Shown here one piece after another: positions 36,411 through 46,380 of a stretch of DNA of 64,000 bases (the first letter of the stretch is position 1; every line of letters begins with the position of its first letter). The DNA comes from Ignavibacteriota bacterium (GTDB lineage: Bacteria; Bacteroidota; Ignavibacteria; UBA10030; UBA6906). The notes below the pieces were generated by a model. The model saw only the letters and a program-made list of their open reading frames with translations, was not told the DNA's origin and did no database searches. The stretch is taken from assembly GCA_963801355.1 (NCBI GenBank), contig CAWDEM010000008.1, positions 896,001 to 960,000 on the forward strand. Reading direction: 5' to 3'. Position numbers and translations under genes: made by a program.

Positions 36411-37481
36411 TCAGGCCCCGTCACCTTTGAGCTTTTCGGCGCGTTCGGCCACCTTCAGCTGCTCCAGCAGCTCGTCGAGACGGCCGTCGATGATTTCTGC
36501 GAGATTGTACAGGGTCACCCCGATCCGGTGATCGGTCACGCGGTTCTGCGGGAAGTTATAGGTCCGTATCTTTTCGCTCCGGTCGCCGCTCTTGACCATC
36601 ATCTTCCGCTGCGCTGCCACATCCCCCGTCTGTGACCGGACCGCCGCTTCATACAACTTGGCCCGGAGCATCTTCATGGCCCGCTCCCGGTTCTGAAACT
36701 GTGAGCGTTCCTGCCGGCAGACAACAATAATGCCGCTCGGTTTGTGCGTGATGCGCACCGCCGTCTCCACTTTGTTGACGTTCTGCCCTCCTTTGCCTCC
36801 CGAACGGAACGTATCAATTTCCAGGTCAATGGGATTGATATCCACATCCACCTGCTCGACTTCAGGAAGCACCGCCACCGTGGCCGCGGATGTATGCACG
36901 CGCCCCTGAGCTTCGGTTTCGGGTACCCGTTGCACCCTGTGCACACCGCTCTCAAACTTCATACTCCCGTACACATCTTCGCCGACGAGACCGAACGATA
37001 TTTCCTTTATTCCCCCGAGTCCGGTATCGTTGATGTCCAGCACATCCACCTTCCACCCTTTTTTCTCGGCAAAGCGGGAGTACATCCTGAAGAGATCAGC
37101 AGCAAACAGTGCAGCCTCATCGCCGCCCGTGCCGGCCCGGATCTCGACGATGACGTTCTTGCTGTCATTGGGGTCTCGCGGGATGAGCAGAACCTTCAGC
37201 TCCTCCTCCAGCGCCGCAAGCGTGGCTTTGGCCTCGTCCATCTCCGCGAGAGCCATCTGCTTCATCTCCGCATCCCCCGAATGGTCCACGATTTCCTTGA
37301 GACCGTTCAGGTCCGTCTGCGCTTTTATATAGCGCCGGTACGCGTGCATGAGAGGTGTGAGGTCGCTGTGTTCCTTGCTGAGCTGTCTCATCCGGTCCTG
37401 GTTTCCCAGTGTGGCTGGGTCGCTCAGCAGACGGGTCAATTCCTCGTAGCGTTTCACCACCTGATCGAGTCGACGGAGCAT
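36411..37481 (-). CDS. prfA: Peptide chain release factor 1
   Basis: [24 protein letters not shown] (PxT motif), [21 protein letters not shown]. Confidence 0.97.
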   Translation of the reverse strand: MLRRLDQVVKRYEELTRLLSDPATLGNQDRMRQLSKEHSDLTPLMHAYRRYIKAQTDLNGLKEIVDHSGDAEMKQMALAEMDEAKATLAALEEELKVLLIPRDPNDSKNVIVEIRAGTGGDEAALFAADLFRMYSRFAEKKGWKVDVLDINDTGLGGIKEISFGLVGEDVYGSMKFESGVHRVQRVPETEAQGRVHTSAATVAVLPEVEQVDVDINPIDLEIDTFRSGGKGGQNVNKVETAVRITHKPSGIIVVCRQERSQFQNRERAMKMLRAKLYEAAVRSQTGDVAAQRKMMVKSGDRSEKIRTYNFPQNRVTDHRIGVTLYNLAEIIDGRLDELLEQLKVAERAEKLKGDGA

Positions 37482-37487
37482 TGTATT

Positions 37488-38471
37488 TCAGGCCTCCGTT
37501 GGGAGGGCGGGTGAAGGGGCCGGGGTTTCTTGCCAGTCAGGCGCGAGTGAAGCCCGGAGTGCCGTGAGCGCCACCTCCAGCTGGCGGTCATCCGGTTCCC
37601 TGGTGGTGATGCGCTGCAGCCAGAGTCCCGGTGCCGAAAGCCAGCGGGCCCATGTACGATGCGCGTTCCGCGCAGAGAGGCGGATCACTTCGTAGGAAAG
37701 TCCGGCAATACAAGGCACAAGCGGGAGGTGGACAGCGAGGCGGATCCAGATGGTGATGGATCCCCTCCACTGGATGACAAGCGCATCCACGATCGCAAAG
37801 AAGAGGATGGCGCTCAGCATGACGATGAGCAGAAAACTGGTTCCGCAGCGCGGGTGAAACCGGGAGCACATCCCCGCTTCGCGCACCGAGAGGTCGCGGC
37901 CCAGCTCATACGCAAAGACACTTTTGTGTTCCGCCCCGTGATACGCGAAGAGCCTCTGGATATCCTGTAGTTGCGCAATGACTGCAAGGTACACCAGGAA
38001 GACGATCATGCGGATAATGCCCGCAGCCAGATTGAACAGCAGCGGATTCCCTTCCACATCGAAAAGAAACGTCGCGAGGAACAGGGGTGTAACAAAGAAC
38101 AGCAGGAGACCGAACAGGAGTGCGATGATCACGGTGGCGGCGAGCGCGAGGTTGCCGGACTTCTTCGGTTTCACTCCATTCTTGCCGGGGACATCCTGCA
38201 TCGCGATGTCCGCGGAGAAATTCAGTGCACGCATGCCGACGAAGAGCATTTCGATCATACCCACTGCGCCCCGGAGGAACGGGAGGGCAAACAGCTTGAT
38301 GCGTGAGGCGACCGGTGAGAACTCTTCGGTCTGCACGGCGATCGTGCCGTCCGCACGCCGCACTGCAGTCGCGATGCGTCCCGGGCCGCGCATCATGACA
38401 CCTTCGAGAACTGCCTGGCCGCCCAGGAGTATTGACGACTCGGAGACTTTGTCTGGTTTGGATGTGATCAT
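37488..38471 (-). CDS. DUF1385 membrane protein
   Basis: GGQAVLEGVMMRG, PFLRG, YHGAEHK, RFHPRCGTSF, PGLWLQRITTREP; prfA neighbourhood. Confidence 0.92.
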   Translation of the reverse strand: MITSKPDKVSESSILLGGQAVLEGVMMRGPGRIATAVRRADGTIAVQTEEFSPVASRIKLFALPFLRGAVGMIEMLFVGMRALNFSADIAMQDVPGKNGVKPKKSGNLALAATVIIALLFGLLLFFVTPLFLATFLFDVEGNPLLFNLAAGIIRMIVFLVYLAVIAQLQDIQRLFAYHGAEHKSVFAYELGRDLSVREAGMCSRFHPRCGTSFLLIVMLSAILFFAIVDALVIQWRGSITIWIRLAVHLPLVPCIAGLSYEVIRLSARNAHRTWARWLSAPGLWLQRITTREPDDRQLEVALTALRASLAPDWQETPAPSPALPTEA

Positions 38472-38505
38472 GATCTTTCAAGCTACTAGTTTGGAGAGAC
38501 AATTG

Positions 38506-40005
38506 CTATTCGTCGATCGAAGGCGGTGCACTCCGGGCTCTCGACACTCCGAGGGAACCGGCCATTCCCGCGAGGAGTTTCAATTCGCCCGGGACGTAGA
38601 ATTTCAAGCCGTACAGCAGCAGCGGGAACAAGAGAACCAACGCGCCCTTGAGTACGAGTCCGCCGGGAGCGCTCCCCGCAAGCAGTCCCGCAACGATGAC
38701 CACGGTTGCCGCACACGCGATCTTCGCAAGTCTCCCCCACTCATAGGGGACAGGATAGATGCGTCTCACGATCCCATACAGCATCACCGCCATCACGAAG
38801 TAACTGAGGAGAGTGGCTACTGCCGCGCCCATGAGACCCCACGGCGGGATGAGCAGGAAGTTGGCAACCACATTGACCGCGGCAGCCGTGAAGGTCACAC
38901 CCGGGAGAAGCGCGGTACGTTTGGTGATATAGATACCGGCAATCAAGTTGTTATAAATGCCCAGAAACAGGTATGCGAGGAGGATCACCGGCACGATCTC
39001 CAGGCCGGCCCAGAATTTCGGCGCGATCAGTGATTTGCCAAAGAAAATGTGCCATTTCACGGCATCCCCGAGAAACAACGTGAGCACGACGAGCACGCCG
39101 GAGAGCACGAGCACCACGTATGTCATCACCCGGGCAAACAGCGGGCGTGCGTCAGGATCGTCCGCATGTGTCAGAAAGAACGGGCGCCATGCGAAATCGA
39201 ACATGGAGACCAGGAGCATCATGAAAATGCCCAGCCGGTAGTTCGCCTGGAACACCCCCACGGCGGCAGCGCCGCTGAGGGCCTTCATGATGGGCCGGTT
39301 GATGACCTGAATCATCATCCCCGCGATTCCCGATGGCATCGACGGCAGTCCGAACCGCAGCAGGGCCGGCAGAAGCGGCGAAGGCAGCGAGAAGGTGAGA
39401 TTCTTCAGAATCACGGGGAGGAGCATCAGCAGGCTCGCCGCCGAGGAGGCCACGCCGCTCAGGAATATGCCTTCCACGCCCATATTCAGAACAAAGAGGG
39501 AAACGATATTCAGAGCCACATTGAGAACGATACTTGCGATTTTCACCGCGGCGAAGAGTTTCGCTTTTGACTCCATGCGCAGCATCGCAAACGGGATGAG
39601 TGTCGCCGCGTCGAAGAACAGGATCATTCCGGCACACGGAAGCACGCGATCGTAGATGCCCGGGACATCCAGAAGCTCCGCAAGGGGGGAAGCGAAGCCA
39701 ACGATGAGCAGTGTGAAGAGAGTCGATGTAGCAAGCACCGCAAGGAACGGCACGCTGAAGACCTGTTTCCTGTCACCGATTTCCCGGGTGGCATAATACT
39801 TCATAAACGCGCCTTCCATGCCGTAGCCGTAGATCACATTGAGGAAGGCGATATACGCGTAGACGTACGCCACGATGCCGAGATCCGCGGCGGAGAGTGC
39901 GTACGTATAGAGAGGCGTCAGGATGAAGGTGAGGAACCGCCCCAGAATCGTGCTGATTCCGTAGATGGCGGTCTCGGTCCCCAGGCGCTTGATCTTATCC
40001 AGCAT
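38506..40005 (-). CDS. MOP-superfamily oligosaccharide flippase
   Basis: ETAIYGISTILGRFLTFILTPLYT, multiple TM helices, VGVFQANYRLG, FAWRPFF, NFLLIPPWGLMGAA. Confidence 0.88.
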   Translation of the reverse strand: MLDKIKRLGTETAIYGISTILGRFLTFILTPLYTYALSAADLGIVAYVYAYIAFLNVIYGYGMEGAFMKYYATREIGDRKQVFSVPFLAVLATSTLFTLLIVGFASPLAELLDVPGIYDRVLPCAGMILFFDAATLIPFAMLRMESKAKLFAAVKIASIVLNVALNIVSLFVLNMGVEGIFLSGVASSAASLLMLLPVILKNLTFSLPSPLLPALLRFGLPSMPSGIAGMMIQVINRPIMKALSGAAAVGVFQANYRLGIFMMLLVSMFDFAWRPFFLTHADDPDARPLFARVMTYVVLVLSGVLVVLTLFLGDAVKWHIFFGKSLIAPKFWAGLEIVPVILLAYLFLGIYNNLIAGIYITKRTALLPGVTFTAAAVNVVANFLLIPPWGLMGAAVATLLSYFVMAVMLYGIVRRIYPVPYEWGRLAKIACAATVVIVAGLLAGSAPGGLVLKGALVLLFPLLLYGLKFYVPGELKLLAGMAGSLGVSRARSAPPSIDE

Positions 40006-40861
40006 GAGGTGCCAGCTCGAGGGATATATCCAGAGCCTTCACGGAGTGTGTCAGTGCGCCGATGGAAATCACATCGACACCAGTTTCCGCAACGGCGCGG
40101 ACGTTCGCGAGGGTGATGCCGCCCGACGCTTCCACTTCCACCCTGTGGCCGACAATCTGCACGGCTTCACGCATAGTCGCGGGGTCGAAGTTATCGAGCA
40201 TGATGCGCGTCAGACCAGTGCACTGCAGCGCCTCCCGCACCTGGTCCAGTGACGTCGTTTCGACTTCTATACCCATGGAAAGTCCGCGGGCGCGCAGATA
40301 CGCAACACAGCGATCCACTGCGATGGTGAGGCTTCCTGCGGCGGCAATGTGGTTGTCTTTGATGAGCACCATATCGTCAAGACCGAAGCGATGATTGACG
40401 CCGCCCCCGGTCTTCACCGCCAGCTTGTCGAGCCAGCGGAGTCCCGGCACGGTCTTGCGTGTATCGGTGATACGCGCCCGTGTCCCGGCAACGGCATCCA
40501 CATAGAGGCGCGTCGCGCTTGCGATACCGCTCATGCGCTGGAGGAAATTCAGCGCAGTGCGTTCGCCACGGAGGATGGCGCGCACGGGTCCGCGCACTTC
40601 AGCAAGGCGATCCATCCGCCGTACGGCGGCTCCATCCTTGACTGCAGGAAGGAACTCCATTTTCTCTTCGCACAGGAAAAACACGAGCGCCGCGACGTCA
40701 AGTCCGGCAACAACGCCGTCTTCCTTGCAGAGAAAGATCCCTTCTCCCGTCTGTAATTCAGGGACGGTGGCATTGCCGGTGACGTCCCCGAGCCCGACGT
40801 CTTCGAGCAGCGCGGATTCAACTGCCCGGAGGATCCGGCCGTCTTCAAGGGCGGGTTTCAT
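39995..40861 (-). CDS. nadC: Nicotinate-nucleotide pyrophosphorylase (carboxylating)
   Basis: EDVGLGDVT, ERTALNFLQRMSGIA, DTRKTVPGLR, NHRFGL..LIKDNH, EASGGI, SIGALTHS. Confidence 0.97.
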   Translation of the reverse strand: MKPALEDGRILRAVESALLEDVGLGDVTGNATVPELQTGEGIFLCKEDGVVAGLDVAALVFFLCEEKMEFLPAVKDGAAVRRMDRLAEVRGPVRAILRGERTALNFLQRMSGIASATRLYVDAVAGTRARITDTRKTVPGLRWLDKLAVKTGGGVNHRFGLDDMVLIKDNHIAAAGSLTIAVDRCVAYLRARGLSMGIEVETTSLDQVREALQCTGLTRIMLDNFDPATMREAVQIVGHRVEVEASGGITLANVRAVAETGVDVISIGALTHSVKALDISLELAPHAG

Positions 40862-41012
40862 GATCCTCCACAATCATGATCGGGATATCGTTTCGTACCG
40901 GGTAGACGATTCCGCACCGGGTGCAGGTCAGGGTTTCCTTTTCCGGCGCATAGAGCAGATCGCTTTTGCATTTCGGACAGCAGAGAATGCCGAGCAGGTC
41001 TTTCCTGAGCAT
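40845..41012 (-). CDS. Trm112-like (YcaR/UPF0434) small protein, 55 aa
   Basis: Manual translation: MLRKDLLGILCCPKCKSDLLYAPEKETLTCTRCGIVYPVRNDIPIMIVEDHETRP; ATG overlaps the thioesterase stop (TGATG); below the ORF-track length cut-off. Confidence 0.9.
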   Translation of the reverse strand: MLRKDLLGILCCPKCKSDLLYAPEKETLTCTRCGIVYPVRNDIPIMIVEDHETRP

Positions 41013-41443
41013 CACGGTTCCCTGCGCTGCGGCCGTTGCAGCGCGTTTTCGACAAGTTCAAGGAAATGTGCAGGCGCGCGGGTGGGTTTGCCGGTTTCTG
41101 CATGCACAAAGCTGTGGATGGTATACCCTTCCGCCACCACTTCCGTGCGCGTTTCGTTGAATATGCGGTAGTCCAGACGAACCCGGGCCACCGGTTTGTC
41201 CTTCATGACGGTGACAATGTGCAACAATTCGTCGTAGCGCGCGGGTTTCTTGTACACCGCGTGGGCCTCAATCACCGGGAGCTGATACCCCATTGCCTCA
41301 AATTCGGGATATGGCAGGCCGATGTCACGCATCAGATCGGAACGTCCCTGCTCAAAATAGGCGAAGTAGACACCGTAGTAGGCGTGACGCATCTGGTCGG
41401 TATCTGCATAACGTACGCGAAGACTGCTTGTACATTCAATCAT
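41012..41443 (-). CDS. Acyl-CoA thioesterase (YbgC/FadM hotdog family)
   Basis: RVRYADTDQM..AYYG.YFAYFEQGR, PARYDE, EGYTIH. Confidence 0.92.
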   Translation of the reverse strand: MIECTSSLRVRYADTDQMRHAYYGVYFAYFEQGRSDLMRDIGLPYPEFEAMGYQLPVIEAHAVYKKPARYDELLHIVTVMKDKPVARVRLDYRIFNETRTEVVAEGYTIHSFVHAETGKPTRAPAHFLELVENALQRPQRREP

Positions 41444-41458
41444 GCTCTTCTCTCCTCA

Positions 41459-42409
41459 TCATCCGACAAATACTCCCATCTTCGAGAACTTCTCTATTCT
41501 TCGTTCGACGAGCCGTTCGGGTTTCACTTTTTTCAGGGTCTTCATTTCCGAGATCAGGATTTCCTTCAGGATCTTGGCCATCTGCTGGTGGTCCCGATGT
41601 GCGCCGCCGAGCGGCTCCGGCACGATGAGATCGATGATACCCGCCTTTTTGAGATCGGGGGCGGTAAGTTGCAGCGCTTCCGCGGCCTGCTCCTTGTAGT
41701 CCCAGCTCCGCCAGAGAATGCTCGAACAGGATTCGGGAGAAATGACGGAGTACCACGCGTACTCGAGCATCAGGATGCGGTCTCCCACACCGATGCCGAG
41801 CGCGCCGCCGGAGGCGCCCTCACCGATAATCACCACGATGATCGGGGTTTTCAACCGGGCCATTTCGAAAAGGTTCCGTGCGATCGCCTCCGCCTGTCCG
41901 CGCTCTTCGGCCTCCAGCCCCGGGAACGCCCCGGGGGTATCGAGGAGAGTGATCACCGGCTTGCCGAATTTTTCCGCTAGCTTCATCAACCGGAGGGCCT
42001 TCCTGTAGCCTTCCGGATTGGACATGCCGAAATTGCGGTAGAGGTTTGACTTCGTGTCGCGCCCCTTTTGCTGGCCGATGATCAGCACCGACTGGTCATC
42101 GATGCGTGCGAAGCCGCCGACCACCGCCTTGTCGTCGCGATACGCCCGGTCACCGTGCAACTCAATGAAATCCTGGGTCATCAGATGGATGTAGTCCAGC
42201 GTGTACGGTCGATCGGAATGGCGGGCAAGTTGCACTTTTTGCCAGCGTGTCAGTCCGGAATAAACGCTTTGCTGCAGCTGCCGAACACGACCTTCAATCC
42301 TGGCGATTTCCTGCACGACGTCGGGGTTGTCCGCATACTTCCGCATCTCTTCGATCTTCCGCTCAAGTTCGAGGATGGGCTTTTCAAAATCCAATACCAT
42401 TTTTGCCAT
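41459..42409 (-). CDS. accA: Acetyl-CoA carboxylase carboxyltransferase alpha subunit
   Basis: [56 protein letters not shown]. Confidence 0.98.
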   Translation of the reverse strand: MAKMVLDFEKPILELERKIEEMRKYADNPDVVQEIARIEGRVRQLQQSVYSGLTRWQKVQLARHSDRPYTLDYIHLMTQDFIELHGDRAYRDDKAVVGGFARIDDQSVLIIGQQKGRDTKSNLYRNFGMSNPEGYRKALRLMKLAEKFGKPVITLLDTPGAFPGLEAEERGQAEAIARNLFEMARLKTPIIVVIIGEGASGGALGIGVGDRILMLEYAWYSVISPESCSSILWRSWDYKEQAAEALQLTAPDLKKAGIIDLIVPEPLGGAHRDHQQMAKILKEILISEMKTLKKVKPERLVERRIEKFSKMGVFVG

Positions 42410-42422
42410 GCTGGACCCTCCG

Positions 42423-44453
42423 TTAGCCCCCGGTTGCGTTCATCATCCATTTGAAGAGAATTTCTACGTCAAGCAGCAGCGACTGGTGCTTCGCGTAGTA
42501 CAGCTCGTACCGCTCGCGTTCATCCCGTGTGAGATTCCTGGCGGAATGGAGTTGCACGAGGCCCGTGATCCCCTGCGGACCGAGATAGGTGCTTTTGAGT
42601 GCGAAGGGGGATGGATGGTCTTCTGCCGTGCCATTCGCGGCTTCCAGAGAGCGTCCGACAAGACTCAGATCGCCTCTCAGCACGCGCGGGAACAGCTCCA
42701 ACGTCTTCGCCGACGGACTCGTCGCCGGGAGCAGGCGTACGACCCGCAGCAGGCGGTCCACCGGGTACACCGTGAGGAGTACCAGACTGGAAATCACCAG
42801 ATCGAAGACCCGTTTCGCAGTCCGGTTGCGAAGCCGGTGGATATTGTAGTCGATATCCACAAGGGGAAGCGTATCCAGATCGTCAATGCGGGTTTTGCCG
42901 ATGATAGATTCAAGACTGGTCGGCACGAGCCGGAAATTCACATTCCGGTTGTTGCTCCGGGCGATCACCGCAAGGATTGCGGTGTACGGGATCTCCTCCG
43001 TGGAGAAAATCAAATCCGTGATACGCCGTTCGTCGACGACCTTGCCCACATTTTCCAGGCTTCCGACGATTTCCACGCCGTTGATCCGGTCACCGATGCG
43101 CGCGCTGCTTGTATCGATGAACCCTTGCACGTCATAGCCATCGTCGACCCGGGCACGCAGGCGCCGGAGCACTTCCTGTGCGGCGGATCCCGTACCCACG
43201 ATCAGTGTGCGGCTTCCAAAAATTCCCTGATTGTGTTTTCCCGTTCCCAGGCGGCCGCCCGCCAAACGCACCAGCACGCGCCATCCCGGAAGCAGGATGA
43301 GAGCCATGCCGCCGGAGATGGCCGCAACCACACGGCTGAAGGCAAACGTCTTCACAAAAAAGACCGTTGCAGCGATCAACACATAGCTGATGATCACCGC
43401 GGCAGCGGAACGGCGGATACTTCCCCGGTGTGTTGCATACACGCCGAGGAACGTACCGACCACCAGCACCGTCGCCGCCGGGATCAACCACATCGCAGGA
43501 TACGCATAGGGGGGAAACCGGAAGAGATGCCCGAAGTAGAGCAACTCAGCACCCACGAGCGTCCCCACCACGAGCACGCCGTCGACCAGCCCGAAGAGAA
43601 GCGGCCGTGCGGACCGGGCAATGAGCGCGGCTGCGCCCCTCAACCAGATGCCCAGCCTGAGGAAGAACCGGCCCACGCGAGACCCGCTGAAGTGTTTCTC
43701 GACAAACAGCTCCATTGCACCGTAGAACACCTCTACTTCGTCAATATTGCTTCTCCGCGTACTCTCCCCTTTGTAGTGCACGATCTGCGTCGAGTGAACG
43801 TACGAAATGCCAAAACCGGCCTGACGGACCCGGAAACACCAATCCAGATCCTCGCCATACATGAAGAAAGACTCATCGAGTCCACCGACCTTTTCGTACA
43901 CGGTTCTCCTGAGCATCATGAAGGAACCGCTGACCGCTTCCACCTCATACGAAGCATCGGGGTCGAGATATGTCAGATTGTAGCGGCCAAACAGGCGCGA
44001 CCCGGGAAACAGCGTACTGAGGCCGGAGACTTTTGTGAACGCAACCCAGGGGGTCGGAAAACTCCTCCTGCACGGAAGCTGGAATGATCCGTCGGGATTC
44101 AGGATTTTGCAGCCCGCAAGGCCTGTCTCCGGGTGGGTGCGGAAAAAGTCCAGCATCACACGGAATGTATCTTCCTGAACTACCGTGTCGGGATTGATCA
44201 GGAGCAGGTACTCCCCCTTCGCAACAGCCAGCGCAAGATTGTTTGCCCGGGCGAACCCCAGATTTTCCGTGTTCGCAATGACGCTCACCGCGGGAAACTT
44301 CTCCCGGACCATGGCCACGCTTCCGTCATCCGAAGCGTTGTCCACCACAATCACCTGTCCGTCGATTCCCTCCAGCGCCCTGAGGACGGATGTCAGCGCG
44401 TTCTCGAGGAATTGCCGGACGTTGTAGTTCACTATGATTACAGAAAGCGTCAT
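42423..44453 (-). CDS. GT2 glycosyltransferase fused to a TM region, Rossmann-like domain and degenerate sugar-transferase (PGT) domain
   Basis: [44 protein letters not shown]; C-terminal KRVFDL...GDLSLVG...GITGLVQ...YY..LDVEIL. Confidence 0.88.
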   Translation of the reverse strand: MTLSVIIVNYNVRQFLENALTSVLRALEGIDGQVIVVDNASDDGSVAMVREKFPAVSVIANTENLGFARANNLALAVAKGEYLLLINPDTVVQEDTFRVMLDFFRTHPETGLAGCKILNPDGSFQLPCRRSFPTPWVAFTKVSGLSTLFPGSRLFGRYNLTYLDPDASYEVEAVSGSFMMLRRTVYEKVGGLDESFFMYGEDLDWCFRVRQAGFGISYVHSTQIVHYKGESTRRSNIDEVEVFYGAMELFVEKHFSGSRVGRFFLRLGIWLRGAAALIARSARPLLFGLVDGVLVVGTLVGAELLYFGHLFRFPPYAYPAMWLIPAATVLVVGTFLGVYATHRGSIRRSAAAVIISYVLIAATVFFVKTFAFSRVVAAISGGMALILLPGWRVLVRLAGGRLGTGKHNQGIFGSRTLIVGTGSAAQEVLRRLRARVDDGYDVQGFIDTSSARIGDRINGVEIVGSLENVGKVVDERRITDLIFSTEEIPYTAILAVIARSNNRNVNFRLVPTSLESIIGKTRIDDLDTLPLVDIDYNIHRLRNRTAKRVFDLVISSLVLLTVYPVDRLLRVVRLLPATSPSAKTLELFPRVLRGDLSLVGRSLEAANGTAEDHPSPFALKSTYLGPQGITGLVQLHSARNLTRDERERYELYYAKHQSLLLDVEILFKWMMNATGG

Positions 44454-45184
44454 AGCTTGCCGACGAAACTCATTAGACGGAGTTTGAGGAGCATGAAGAA
44501 CGCCTCGTACACGATGGACTTCGACATCTTGGAGGAGCCCGATTGCCTGTCAAGGAACACGATAGGGATTTCCTTCAGGCGGAAACCCTTCCGCCAGGCT
44601 TTGTAGCTCATCTCGATCTGGAACGCATAGCCGTTCGAGCGGATGTTTTCAAGGTCGATCGCTTCGAGCACAGCACGCCGGTAGCATTTAAATCCGCCTG
44701 TTGCATCGTGGAGGGGCAGCCGGAGCAGGAACCGGGTGTAGACATTGGCGAAGAAGCTGAGCAGCAGGCGGTTGATGGGCCAGTTCAGGACGCGCACGCC
44801 GTTTGTATAGCGAGAGCCGACGACGAGATCAGCATCCTGGATTTGTTTCAGGAAGTTCGGGATCTCATTAGGATCATGGGAGAAATCCGCATCCATTTCG
44901 AAGACGTAGTCAAAACCATGTTCGATGGCAAAACGGAAACCGGCGACATAGGCAGTCCCGAGTCCCTGCTTCCCCTGCCTGACGAGCAGGTGCACGCGCG
45001 GATCCTTCTGTGCCATCTCCTGTACCAGTGCCGCGGTACCGTCCGGTGAACCGTCATCGACAACCAGCACATCCAGCGGGCCCTGCCGTAAAATGGCGGG
45101 TATGAGAACGGGGATATTCTCCGCCTCATTGTAGGTAGGCACGACCACAAGCGCACGCGCCTCCTTCGTGTCAGTGGCTGGCAT
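44450..45184 (-). CDS. Polyprenol monophosphomannose synthase-like GT2
   Basis: VPTYNEAEN, VDDGSPDGT, GLGTAY, EMDADFSH, GSRY, DATGGFKC, GYAFQIEM, GSSKMS. Confidence 0.92.
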   Translation of the reverse strand: MPATDTKEARALVVVPTYNEAENIPVLIPAILRQGPLDVLVVDDGSPDGTAALVQEMAQKDPRVHLLVRQGKQGLGTAYVAGFRFAIEHGFDYVFEMDADFSHDPNEIPNFLKQIQDADLVVGSRYTNGVRVLNWPINRLLLSFFANVYTRFLLRLPLHDATGGFKCYRRAVLEAIDLENIRSNGYAFQIEMSYKAWRKGFRLKEIPIVFLDRQSGSSKMSKSIVYEAFFMLLKLRLMSFVGKL

Positions 45185-46277
45185 AGAATCCCTTGATTGC
45201 ATCGGTGATGTATGTGAGTTGATCTTCCTGCAACTCTGTGTGCATCGGGAGCGAGAGCACTTCTGTTGTTGCCTTTTCCGTCACCGGGAAATCGCCCTTT
45301 GTGTTGCCCGCCATTGCGAATGCCTGCTGCAGATGGAGGGGGACGGGATAATAGACAGCGTGGGGGATCTCCTTCTGCTTGAGATGGGAAGCGAGTTCGT
45401 CCCGGCGTGGGACCCGGATCGTGTACTGGTGATAGATGTGGAACGCCCCCGGCAACACGAATGGAGTAACGGCCGGGGTTCCCTGCAGCAGGGTGTTGTA
45501 GCGTTCCGCCGCTTTCCGACGGGCCGCATTCCACCGGTCGAGATGGGCGCACTTCACTCCCAGGATCGCCGCCTGGATTGTGTCGAGCCTGCTGTTGATG
45601 CCGAGCACCTCGTGGTAGTAGCGGACGCGCGAGCCGTGCGCCGCGATGATGCGCATCCTGGCCGCAAGGTCCTTATCGTCGGTGACCACCATCCCGCCGT
45701 CGCCGAACGCGCCCAGGTTTTTGCTCGGGAAGAAGCTGATGCACCCCACGTCGCCGAATGTGCAGACCTTCTGACCCCGGTACGAGGCCCCTAGTGCCTG
45801 CGCCGAATCTTCGATCACCTTGATGCCGCGGCGCCGTGCGATCTCCATGATAACGTCCATCGCGGCGGGCTGTCCATAGAGGTGCACGGGAATAATTGCG
45901 CGAGTCCTGGGTGTAATCGCGCGTTCGATCAGGTGCGGGTCGATATTGAAAGTCCGGGGATCGATATCCACGTACACCGGTTTTGCGCCGAGCAGCCCGA
46001 TGACTTCGGCGGTGGCGACAAACGTGAATGGCGTGGTGATCACCTCGTCGCCGGGTCCGATGCCCATCGCCATGAGGGCAATTTGTAGTGCGTCGGTGCC
46101 TGACGCGCAGCCCACAGCCTCACCGGTTCCCAGATACGCCACAATCTGCCGCTCGAATTCCCCCACCTCCTTGCCCTGGATAAACTGGCCTGATTCCAGC
46201 ACCCGGTGGATTGCGGCGTCCACATCGGCTTTGATGATCTGATACTGCCCTAATACATCAACCATTTGGAGTTTCAT
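45171..46277 (-). CDS. DegT/DnrJ/EryC1/StrS PLP-dependent sugar aminotransferase
   Basis: ASGTDAL, FTFVAT, PVHLYGQ, EDSAQ, SFFPSKNLGAFGDGG, NSRLD. Confidence 0.95.
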   Translation of the reverse strand: MKLQMVDVLGQYQIIKADVDAAIHRVLESGQFIQGKEVGEFERQIVAYLGTGEAVGCASGTDALQIALMAMGIGPGDEVITTPFTFVATAEVIGLLGAKPVYVDIDPRTFNIDPHLIERAITPRTRAIIPVHLYGQPAAMDVIMEIARRRGIKVIEDSAQALGASYRGQKVCTFGDVGCISFFPSKNLGAFGDGGMVVTDDKDLAARMRIIAAHGSRVRYYHEVLGINSRLDTIQAAILGVKCAHLDRWNAARRKAAERYNTLLQGTPAVTPFVLPGAFHIYHQYTIRVPRRDELASHLKQKEIPHAVYYPVPLHLQQAFAMAGNTKGDFPVTEKATTEVLSLPMHTELQEDQLTYITDAIKGFYASH

Positions 46278-46376
46278 GGAAGTTCCTTTTTATTACCGCC
46301 CCTTAAGTCAGGCAAAAAAGCCTGAGGAAAAACCCAGACTTAAAAGTCAGACTTTAAAGTCAGGGAAGTTCCTTTT
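46278..46376. repeat. 73-bp micro-repeat insert flanked by 13-bp direct repeats
   Basis: GGAAGTTCCTTTT at 46278-46290 and 46364-46376; the interior carries gtcagactttaaa-type units shared with 32677-32737. Confidence 0.8.
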
Positions 46377-46380
46377 CTTT

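Noticed and set aside
46293-46300. Second ops-like GGCGGTAA before the aminotransferase
   Set aside because: Lacks G8 and the downstream YG pause positions, and lies inside the repeat insert
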